Below are positions 25,110-32,000 of a DNA stretch of 32,000 nucleotides, one piece after another. The stretch spans positions 1,080,001-1,112,000 of the forward strand of contig NZ_LT671858.1 of the NCBI RefSeq assembly GCF_900083515.1, given 5' to 3'. Source of the stretch: Cuniculiplasma divulgatum (GTDB lineage Archaea; Thermoplasmatota; Thermoplasmata; Thermoplasmatales; Thermoplasmataceae). A program made the translations under genes and the position numbers. Position 1 is the first letter of the stretch. Every line of letters begins with the position of its first letter. A model generated the notes under the pieces. It ran no database searches and was not told where the DNA came from. It was given only the letters and a program-made list of their open reading frames with translations.

Positions 25110-26000
25110 TCACCAGTTTTGACCGGTGATCCTTTCGTACATTGTACGATATAATTTTGATGTTGATTCTATAATATTTTTTGGTAGGGCTTCAATATCT
25201 GGTTCCTTCTCCCCTTTTCCTCTTGCCTCGTACAGTCTATCGTAATAGCCATTGTCCCTGTAATATTTTCTGACACTTTCCTTTGAAAGTTCCACGATTT
25301 TCCCATTTTCATATTCCTGCATTTCCCAGAACCTGTCCTCATCCGCCGTCCCGAATGTGTCCACAATTATTATTTCCCTGCCATCTCCAAGCGCAAATTC
25401 CTTCTTTCCATCTGCATGAATTAGTCCTCTTTTTCCTACTTCGTCCTGAATCTTTCTATCAATTTTTGCAATGATATCACGTATTTTATATACTTCCTCT
25501 TCTGTCAATCCACCAATTTCTGAAGCTTCTCGAAAATTCAGAGGTCTATCAGTTTTTTCAAATTTTGTTGTCATTTCAAAAAAAGGTTCATCTAGCTTCT
25601 CTCCCTTTTCAGGAATATGATTCATCCCGAGGTCTTCCTTTTTGATTTTTCCAGACTTAATTCTATCAACAAGTGTACCAGCCGCATAATGTCTCATTAC
25701 AAATTCCAGTGGGATGAGAAAGTTGATCCAGTGTTTAGATCCACCAGACTCATTTACTCTGTATTTCCTGACCTCCATTTCATTATTTGCTTTCAGGGAG
25801 AGAAAATGAGTTTTGATTCCCAGGTTCTTCTGAACAAAATCAAACCAGTAAGCAGAAGTTCTGCAAACTGATTCCCCCTTATTGGGCACATTGACCGGTA
25901 TAATTTTATCAAAAACAGAGATCCTGTCCGAAAATTTAAAAATTAGAGTGTTTCCATTGTCATATACATCCTTAACCTTTCCCTTTCTGATCAGTTCCAT
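25110..26000 (-). CDS. purC: Phosphoribosylaminoimidazole-succinocarboxamide (SAICAR) synthase
   Basis: The N-terminal GKVKDVYD...LIFKFSDRISVFD, IPLEFVMRHYAAG and LIHADGKKEF are SAICAR synthase blocks of the long (~300 aa) form. Confidence 0.88.
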   Translation of the reverse strand: MELIRKGKVKDVYDNGNTLIFKFSDRISVFDKIIPVNVPNKGESVCRTSAYWFDFVQKNLGIKTHFLSLKANNEMEVRKYRVNESGGSKHWINFLIPLEFVMRHYAAGTLVDRIKSGKIKKEDLGMNHIPEKGEKLDEPFFEMTTKFEKTDRPLNFREASEIGGLTEEEVYKIRDIIAKIDRKIQDEVGKRGLIHADGKKEFALGDGREIIIVDTFGTADEDRFWEMQEYENGKIVELSKESVRKYYRDNGYYDRLYEARGKGEKEPDIEALPKNIIESTSKLYRTMYERITGQNW

Positions 26001-26033
26001 GGAGGTATATTATCATCCTTTAGATTTAGATTT

Positions 26034-26342
26034 CTAAATTTCCTGTATGATTTCATGAATTTTGAGTACTGGACGATCAAGTATTGCCCCCTGTGGCATT
26101 GGCATAGAATGTGATTCTTTGAAGTCAGAGGAATCTGTCCAGGTATCAAAGTCCTTCCTCGAGTCCCACAGAGTCATAACAACGTATTCGTCATCATTTC
26201 CCGTTGGTTTAAGTATATAATTCCTGACAAAACCGTGAAATTTCTTCAGGTTAGACTGTCTATTCTTGAATCTTTCCTCAAATTCATTTCTGAAGTCCCT
26301 GGCAACCCTGATCCTGTTTTCAACAACAATCATAATTATCAA
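26034..26342 (-). CDS. Antibiotic-biosynthesis-monooxygenase (ABM, ferredoxin-like) domain protein
   Basis: About 100 aa with the pattern FEERFKNRQSNLKKFHGFVRNYILKP...YVVMTLWDSRKDFDTWTDSSDFKESH, typical of the ABM/IsdG-like fold. The track start is TTG; ATG 26333 (MIVVENR) is likely. Confidence 0.75.
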   Translation of the reverse strand: MIIMIVVENRIRVARDFRNEFEERFKNRQSNLKKFHGFVRNYILKPTGNDDEYVVMTLWDSRKDFDTWTDSSDFKESHSMPMPQGAILDRPVLKIHEIIQEI

Positions 26343-26431
26343 TAGTTAATTGTTATATTATAATTTCCAGATCTTTGGGAATAGAAGTTAAAAAGAATTT
26401 GCCATAGATATGGACAGAACATCTAATAATA

Positions 26432-26914
26432 TTGATTGCAATAGACCCCTTGGTACGTATGAAGGTAGCTGAATTTAAAACAACGGCTGGAAATTTTAAG
26501 GTACAGTTAGATGAGGAGAACATGCCCATAACTGCAGGAAATTTTATTACCCTTGCAAAAAAGGGGTTTTACGATGGTACAATTTTTCACAGAGTAATTG
26601 ATGGGTTTATGATACAGGGAGGAGACCCTAAGGGAACCGGAATGGGTGGACCAGGATATACGATCAAAGATGAATTCTCCAAGGACAATCACAACAAAAA
26701 GGGAACCATATCAATGGCAAATGCTGGGCCGAATACAGGTGGAAGTCAATTTTTTATAAACCTTGTGGATAATATTTACCTTGATGGAAAACACCCAGTA
26801 TTTGGGAAAGTTATTGAAGGGATGCCAGTTGTTGAGGCCATAGGAAAAACAAAGACTGACAGAAACGATAGACCTGTTTCCCAGGTCAAAATCATCAAAT
26901 GCACTATTCTTTGA
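26432..26914 (+). CDS. Cyclophilin-type peptidyl-prolyl cis-trans isomerase
   Basis: [25 protein letters not shown] and [17 protein letters not shown] are cyclophilin signatures. The likely start is ATG 26459 (MKVAEFKT). The 3' end overlaps the convergent pncB by 11 nt. Confidence 0.93.
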   Translation: MIAIDPLVRMKVAEFKTTAGNFKVQLDEENMPITAGNFITLAKKGFYDGTIFHRVIDGFMIQGGDPKGTGMGGPGYTIKDEFSKDNHNKKGTISMANAGPNTGGSQFFINLVDNIYLDGKHPVFGKVIEGMPVVEAIGKTKTDRNDRPVSQVKIIKCTIL

Positions 26915-28079
26915 ACTGATTCATCAGTTCCATAGCCATTTTTATACTTCTTTCTCTGATTTTCCCAGCGTTAAGTTTTGGTGAAGTCCTCTTCCCTTTA
27001 TGAATGATCTGTTTAAGCAATGGAGTCATTTCACCGTGATCCTTGCAAACCTGTTTTTCATTGAACAACCCTATGGTAGTGAAACTGCACTTATCACATC
27101 TATACACGTTCTTCATCCCAGATAATTTTCCCCTCTTTGTTATTGGCCTGCCATCAATTTCAACGATATCCATTGCAAAATCAATTGAACGAGCCGAAGC
27201 AATTGAGGTTCCTACTCCAAAACTATCAACTCCTGCATCTTTTAGTTCCTGGATCTGTTCCTTCTTCAAACCTCCAGATACCATTATTTTGATTTTGGAG
27301 AAACCTCTAATATCAAGCTCCCATCTAATTTCCCTGATTATTTGTGGAAAATTTCCCCTCCTTGATGAGGGTGTGTCAATCCTTATGAAATCAATTTGTG
27401 GGAACTTTTCAGCAGCTTCAATTGCCTTGAACTTTTCGTCACCAAATGTGTCTATCAAAAGAGTTCTTGTGCCAGCTGGAAAATTATTTGCAATATATTC
27501 CCATGCTCTTTCCTCTCCCATTAAAAGAGCCACTGAATGAGGCATTGTACCTGAAGGTTCAATTCCAATTGCCTCGGCACCGAGTATTCCGGATACACCG
27601 GCGGCTCCACCAATATATGCTGCCCTGTCAATCATTGGTGATATGCCTGGATGCATTCTCCTAATACCAAAGGAGACATATGGCTTTGGATGGCAGGCCA
27701 TATAGACTTTTGTTGCCTCTGTACTTATTCCGGACGATTGACATATAAAACCAAGAATAGAGGTTTCCAGTTCCATTATTTCAGAATAATTCCCCTTCAT
27801 TACAATAAATGGAATTGACCTACCCAGGGAATCCCTCGTTGCCATAAGAGTACCCTCTGGAATTGCCCACACATCGATATTTCTGCCTTCTAACAGATTA
27901 GTTACCTCCTCCAGACCTGTAAAGTTAATCCATTGTTCGATGACAGAGGATGTAATTTCAGCAACTACAATCTTCTTTTCTGGCATTACAAGATTCAGTG
28001 TTCTGCTGAAATATACATCGCTTGCCTTTCCATCAATTATCTCCTTCTCTGTCGCAATAAAGAACTTTCCTTCACTCAT
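26904..28079 (-). CDS. pncB: Nicotinate phosphoribosyltransferase (archaeal ~390-aa type)
   Basis: 391 aa. [10 protein letters not shown] at the N-terminus, [18 protein letters not shown] and VSGGL...DSFGVGTS are type-II PRTase (NAPRT/QAPRT-like) barrel blocks. The size matches the Thermoplasma-type NAPRTase. It is operonic with a nicotinamidase. Confidence 0.8.
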   Translation of the reverse strand: MSEGKFFIATEKEIIDGKASDVYFSRTLNLVMPEKKIVVAEITSSVIEQWINFTGLEEVTNLLEGRNIDVWAIPEGTLMATRDSLGRSIPFIVMKGNYSEIMELETSILGFICQSSGISTEATKVYMACHPKPYVSFGIRRMHPGISPMIDRAAYIGGAAGVSGILGAEAIGIEPSGTMPHSVALLMGEERAWEYIANNFPAGTRTLLIDTFGDEKFKAIEAAEKFPQIDFIRIDTPSSRRGNFPQIIREIRWELDIRGFSKIKIMVSGGLKKEQIQELKDAGVDSFGVGTSIASARSIDFAMDIVEIDGRPITKRGKLSGMKNVYRCDKCSFTTIGLFNEKQVCKDHGEMTPLLKQIIHKGKRTSPKLNAGKIRERSIKMAMELMNQFKE

Positions 28080-28644
28080 TTAGATTCACCAGTTCACCTG
28101 ATTTAATTGTTTTAACACCGTATAGCCTTTTCATCTGATTAAGTGCCAGATTGTGATCTTCCTCTCTAAGGGATGCGCACAGGTCATCGATTATTGTGAT
28201 ATTATAGTATCTAAAAAATGCACCTGCAACTGTATGAAGAACGCAAATATCTGTACTTATACCGAAAATATAAACTTCCCTTATTTCCTTAGCTCTAAGA
28301 AAACCGTCAAGATCACTTTGAAAAAATGCATCATAGAATCTTTTTTCAATGTGGTATGCATTTATTTTATCCAGATTTCCATAAAGGTATGAACCGGGAG
28401 TATTTCTTAAACAGTGTTCACCCCAAACACGAAACTCTGGATCATTTGTCATGTGTGAATCCAGTGTAAGTACGACTGTTTCTGATGAATCTATTTTTTT
28501 CAGGAATTCTTCAGCCTTTGTTGCAACCTTTCTCGCATTTTCTGACCCGAATTTCCCATCTACAAAATCTACTACAAAATCAACACCGATGAAAGCCCTA
28601 TCTGAGTTCATAATGCCACCCTGATTTTCCCTGGCCATCCTCAA
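28072..28644 (-). CDS. pncA: Isochorismatase-family nicotinamidase
   Basis: AFIGVDFVVDF (catalytic Asp region), FYHIEKRFYDAF (Lys region) and IFGISTDICVLHT (catalytic Cys). The likely start is ATG 28611 (MNSDRAF), giving a 14-nt overlap with cysS. The stop overlaps the pncB start by 8 nt. Confidence 0.8.
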   Translation of the reverse strand: MRMARENQGGIMNSDRAFIGVDFVVDFVDGKFGSENARKVATKAEEFLKKIDSSETVVLTLDSHMTNDPEFRVWGEHCLRNTPGSYLYGNLDKINAYHIEKRFYDAFFQSDLDGFLRAKEIREVYIFGISTDICVLHTVAGAFFRYYNITIIDDLCASLREEDHNLALNQMKRLYGVKTIKSGELVNLNE

Positions 28645-29968
28645 TTATGACCCCAGATTCCTGAAGTGCGTTTCTAAGTACATCAGAATACTCATATTTT
28701 CTCTCTTTTCTTAGATTTTCCCTTAACTTTACAAGTTCCTCTATTGATTTTTTACTTAAAACTGTGCTTTCTCTTACCAATATTCCCAGATAGGAGTCGA
28801 TCTCATCTATTCTAGTTTTCAATAAATTTGCATCGGTCTCATCCATATTGTCAATGTTTTTATATATCATTGAGCATACTTCAAGTAAACCTGCTACTGA
28901 ACTTCTTGTATTCAAATCCTTTTCCATCTCTCTATCAATTGCCTTAAATAAATTACCGTAATCAAGCTTCTTCCCCTTTCCTCTTACTCCAGAAAGTAGC
29001 ATATAAGCCCTGTTTATGTATTCCACGTTTTTCTTCGCTTCTTCAAGCAGAGATTCGGAGAAATCTGTCTCCGAGGCATAATTATTTGACAGAAAGGCCA
29101 TCCTGACAGTTTCTGATGAATATTTCTCTGATATCTCCTTAACTGTAATGAAATTATTCTCTGACTTGGACATTTTTGTTCCATTAATTTTTAATAATCC
29201 GGAATAAATCCAGAAATCAACCACTCTGCTATTACCCTTCAGTGATGACATTATGGAAAGTTCAGATTCATGGTGAGGAAACAATAGATCTGTTCCGGCA
29301 CCGTGTATATCATAGTGGTTTCCGAAATACTTACCAGATATTGCAGTGTCTTCTATATGCCAGCCTGGTCTTCCCATTCCCCATGGACTCATCCATGCAG
29401 GTTCTTTTTCTGTCTTCTGAAATTTCCATAGAACAAAATCCCTTGTATCTTCTTTGAAATCGGAAACTGTTGCTCTCTTACCCTGTTCGAGTTTATCTGC
29501 CTTTTGACCGGATAAAATACCATAGTTCCGGTCCATCCAGACCCGATAATATATCCCATCCGGTAGTTTATATGTGTATCCACGCCTCTCCAGAATTTTT
29601 ATTTGCCTTATTATTTCCTTAATGTGCTCAGTGGCAGGAGCATAAAAATTTACGGAATCTATTTTTGCGAATTTCATTGCTTCTATGAACTTTTGAAAAT
29701 ATAACGAGGAAAGTTCAAGAGGATTCTGATCCGTTTCCATTGCTCTGTTTATGATCTTATCGTCTATATCTGTAATGTTCTCAAGAAAAAAAACTGAATA
29801 CCCCTTATGCCTCAGATATTTTGCTAGAACGTCAAATGTAATGTATGTTTTAATATGCCCAAGATGTGGTTCATCATAAACTGTCGGACCACAAACAAAA
29901 AGTTTGATAACATTGCCCTTTTTGTTCAATGACTTCAATTTGTCTGAAAGGTGATCGTGTAGAATCAT
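28598..29968 (-). CDS. cysS: Cysteine--tRNA ligase
   Basis: CGPTVYDEPHLGH (HIGH), WHIEDTA, GTDLLFPHHESE and KMSKS are class-I CysRS signatures. Confidence 0.95.
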   Translation of the reverse strand: MILHDHLSDKLKSLNKKGNVIKLFVCGPTVYDEPHLGHIKTYITFDVLAKYLRHKGYSVFFLENITDIDDKIINRAMETDQNPLELSSLYFQKFIEAMKFAKIDSVNFYAPATEHIKEIIRQIKILERRGYTYKLPDGIYYRVWMDRNYGILSGQKADKLEQGKRATVSDFKEDTRDFVLWKFQKTEKEPAWMSPWGMGRPGWHIEDTAISGKYFGNHYDIHGAGTDLLFPHHESELSIMSSLKGNSRVVDFWIYSGLLKINGTKMSKSENNFITVKEISEKYSSETVRMAFLSNNYASETDFSESLLEEAKKNVEYINRAYMLLSGVRGKGKKLDYGNLFKAIDREMEKDLNTRSSVAGLLEVCSMIYKNIDNMDETDANLLKTRIDEIDSYLGILVRESTVLSKKSIEELVKLRENLRKERKYEYSDVLRNALQESGVIIEDGQGKSGWHYELR

Positions 29969-29990
29969 GATTTAGGTTATGATATATGGC

Positions 29991-30000
29991 TTAATATAAT
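29991..30000 (-). promoter_or_regulatory. TATA-box-like element (ATTATATTAA on the minus strand) about 27 nt upstream of cysS ATG
   Basis: Motif and spacing were read directly; leaderless arrangement. Confidence 0.45.
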
Positions 30001-30052
30001 ATTTTCTTCCTTATTAGGATGCATTTCTTTTGAACATAATAAAAGATAGCCT

Positions 30053-30062
30053 AATATTTAAT
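30053..30062 (+). promoter_or_regulatory. TATA-box-like element (AATATTTAAT) about 30 nt upstream of ATG 30088
   Basis: Motif and spacing were read directly. It is divergent from the cysS promoter within a 119-bp spacer. Confidence 0.45.
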
Positions 30063-30087
30063 AGCATAAATTACATGTTACATCTGA

Positions 30088-30633
30088 ATGGACACTCAGA
30101 ATGGAGATAAAGACATTAGGGTGGCTGTAGACAAAAACCAGTCCATACTTAAAAAGATTCAACTTGTAATTCCAGGTTTTAAGGGATACAGGGAAAAGGA
30201 AGATATTAGAACAGCGGACGAACTATTGAGATCACAGATAGGAGGAGTTCTTGGAAGAGCTGTAAGTTCATTAACAACCGCACGTCAGAATGCAATAAAT
30301 TTTAATAAATTCGGTTCTCTGAACTTTATTGGTAATACAATATCAGTGGTTGAGACATTTCAGGGTGATATAGTTCACGGACAGCAGGGATATTCAGGAT
30401 TTGCACCCGCGATTCAGGTAAATACTACAGTTCTTGACAGACTTTATGAATATGACTTTGAATTTGTTTCAAAATGCAAGGAAATTGCGGATACCTGTTC
30501 ACAGCTTGAAAATGTGTCTGGGATGCAGGACCCAGACATACTTGCTTCCCTGAACAGAATTTCTGATATGATTAAAGATGCTAAAAGAGCTTGGTCTCAG
30601 AGAATAGAAACTGTTGAAGGTATAAAAGAGTGA
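30088..30633 (+). CDS. Hypothetical soluble protein, 181 aa, first gene of the SPFH/zinc-ribbon cluster
   Basis: The ORF ends 5 nt before the SPFH gene start. It has no TM helices, looks largely helical and has charged termini. I recognise no family. Confidence 0.6.
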   Translation: MDTQNGDKDIRVAVDKNQSILKKIQLVIPGFKGYREKEDIRTADELLRSQIGGVLGRAVSSLTTARQNAINFNKFGSLNFIGNTISVVETFQGDIVHGQQGYSGFAPAIQVNTTVLDRLYEYDFEFVSKCKEIADTCSQLENVSGMQDPDILASLNRISDMIKDAKRAWSQRIETVEGIKE

Positions 30634-30638
30634 TTTAG

Positions 30639-31760
30639 ATGTTTGGAAAGAAGTCAAAAGATATTCCATATAAGGGAGGAAGCGTATTTGGATCAATAAC
30701 AATAGCATGGGAAACCCAATTTAAGGAAGGAAACGCCATGTGGAAGGTTCCAAGATTAATACGTCTTAATGATAACATTGTAGTAAGAGAGGATGAAACT
30801 GCTGTTTTTTACAGAGATGGAAAAGTGCTGACTTATTTTGATAAGCCCGGAAGATACGCACTTACAGATTTCAATGCCCCAGTTGTAGGCGATCTCCTGA
30901 AATATTTTTCAGGTGTTCAACAACAGGCTGAAGTCTATTATGTACAGAGAAGAATCATGGATGGTAAATATGGTAGTAGCAGCCCTTACCAGTTCATGGA
31001 TGCCGCTTTTGGCATTGTAAATCTAAGAGCATTCGGTGAATACAGATGGAAAATTTCAGATCCTGCATTATTCATAAATCAGTTTGTTGGAACATTTAAT
31101 GTCGATTCAACCACAGACGTAGAATCAAGGTTGAAAGATCAAATAATACTGCTACTTTACAATGCACTTGGAAAGTTAAAGGACACTGGAATGAAAGTGA
31201 CTGATATACCAGCAAATCTCTCAACTATCGAGCAGGCTGTTCTGGGTATGGCGCCTTCAAGCTTTCAGCAATATGGAATTGAGATAGATAAATTACAGGG
31301 AATTAACATATCGCTTCCTGATGAGGTTCAGAAGGCTGTAGACACAAGATCAGAAATGTCAGTTCTTGGTGTTAACTACATACAGTATCAGGCAGGACAA
31401 GCTATGGTTGATGCATCAAAGAATCCCAATGGATTTGCCGGTTTGGGTGCAGGTATGGGAGTTGGAATGGGTGCTGGAGCCGGAGTTGGTTATGCAATGT
31501 CCGGTCCGATGATGGCAAATATGCAAAATGCAAATAACCAAAACGTAAATAACCAGAATGCTGGAACAGCACAGCAGGCTCAAACAAGGACATGCCCAAA
31601 ATGTGGAGCAGCGGTACCCTCAACAAGCAATTTCTGCCCGAATTGCGGAAATGACATGAGAATACAGCAGCCAGCAACAATTAAATGTCCAAAGTGTGGA
31701 TCTGAAATTCCAGCTAATTCAAAGTTCTGCCCAGATTGTGGACAGAAGATAACGGGGTGA
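30639..31760 (+). CDS. SPFH (band-7)-like protein of the YdjI / 'virion core protein-like' type (COG4260-like) with a C-terminal Gly/Met-rich segment, Q/N-rich linker and double zinc ribbon
   Basis: The N-terminal IVVREDETAVFYRDGKVLTYFDKPGRYALT block resembles YdjI-type SPFH proteins. The C-terminus carries CPKCGAAVPSTSNFCPNCG and CPKCGSEIPANSKFCPDCG. Confidence 0.65.
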   Translation: MFGKKSKDIPYKGGSVFGSITIAWETQFKEGNAMWKVPRLIRLNDNIVVREDETAVFYRDGKVLTYFDKPGRYALTDFNAPVVGDLLKYFSGVQQQAEVYYVQRRIMDGKYGSSSPYQFMDAAFGIVNLRAFGEYRWKISDPALFINQFVGTFNVDSTTDVESRLKDQIILLLYNALGKLKDTGMKVTDIPANLSTIEQAVLGMAPSSFQQYGIEIDKLQGINISLPDEVQKAVDTRSEMSVLGVNYIQYQAGQAMVDASKNPNGFAGLGAGMGVGMGAGAGVGYAMSGPMMANMQNANNQNVNNQNAGTAQQAQTRTCPKCGAAVPSTSNFCPNCGNDMRIQQPATIKCPKCGSEIPANSKFCPDCGQKITG

Positions 31761-31764
31761 AAAA

Positions 31765-32000
31765 ATGTATTGTGACAAATGCGGAGCTCAGCTCCCAGAT
31801 GACGCTGTTTTCTGCTCTAAATGCGGAAACAGGGTAGGAACTGCTAGCCAACAGAATGCTGCCGGAAACCAGAATGGACAGCAAAACACAACAGAAGCCA
31901 GAACAGTGATTGCACAGAGTGGCGTCACAGAGCTTAAATGCCCTGGATGTGGCGCACCCATAAAACCCACACAGGGAGAAATGGTTGTGACATGTGAATA
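31765..32000 (+). CDS. Zinc-ribbon protein, N-terminal part only (runs off the window)
   Basis: My translation from ATG 31765 gives MYCDKCGAQLPDDAVFCSKCGNRVGTASQQNAAGNQNGQQNTTEARTVIAQSGVTELKCPGCGAPIKPTQGEMVVTCE. It starts 4 nt after the SPFH gene stop. The 60-aa minus-strand track ORF here is its shadow. Confidence 0.65.
   Translation, partial: MYCDKCGAQLPDDAVFCSKCGNRVGTASQQNAAGNQNGQQNTTEARTVIAQSGVTELKCPGCGAPIKPTQGEMVVTCE

Noticed and set aside
28598-28644. 47-nt overlap between cysS and pncA as a functional overlapping-gene feature
   Set aside because: It is most simply explained by the longest-ORF start call. The internal ATG at 28611 (MNSDRAFIGVDF) gives a normal isochorismatase N-terminus and reduces the overlap to 14 nt.
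1-32000. CRISPR arrays, tRNA/rRNA genes, transposases, integrases or prophage-like content
   Set aside because: No regularly spaced direct repeats were seen. All non-coding stretches are under 400 bp and too AT-rich for tRNA or rRNA. No ORF shows DDE, tyrosine- or serine-recombinase, or Cas-like motifs.

Overview
AT-rich (roughly mid-30s % GC by eye), very compact archaeal chromosome segment with almost no non-coding DNA. The proteasome beta subunit closely matches my recollection of the Thermoplasma acidophilum protein. With the low GC, this suggests a Thermoplasmatales archaeon, possibly Ferroplasma-, Picrophilus- or Acidiplasma-like; that placement is inference. The layout is: (1) 1-2622, an iron-chelate-type ABC importer (ATPase, FecCD permease, membrane-anchored binding protein). 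(2) 2751-19882, a ~17-kb surface-glycan assembly island. It holds GT2 and GT4 glycosyltransferases, an NAD-dependent sugar epimerase, a Dol-P-Man-synthase-like and an Alg5/Dol-P-Glc-synthase-like enzyme, three large polytopic GT-C-like membrane proteins and two exported proteins packed with N-x-S/T sequons. An aldo/keto reductase is interposed. (3) 19968-29968, housekeeping genes: psmB, aCPSF1/FttA, a CBS protein, a standalone PolB-type exonuclease-like protein, purC, an ABM monooxygenase, cyclophilin and a cysS-pncA-pncB operon. (4) 30088-32000, an uncharacterised cluster of a 181-aa protein, an SPFH protein with a double zinc ribbon and another zinc-ribbon protein. I found no rRNA, tRNA, CRISPR array, transposase or integrase. 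The most interesting items are the GT-C/Dol-P-sugar glycan island, two adjacent island genes whose conserved N-terminal coding sequence lies upstream of any canonical start codon (one next to a C6 homopolymer), and the SPFH/zinc-ribbon cluster. All family assignments come from motif recognition by eye, not database searches.
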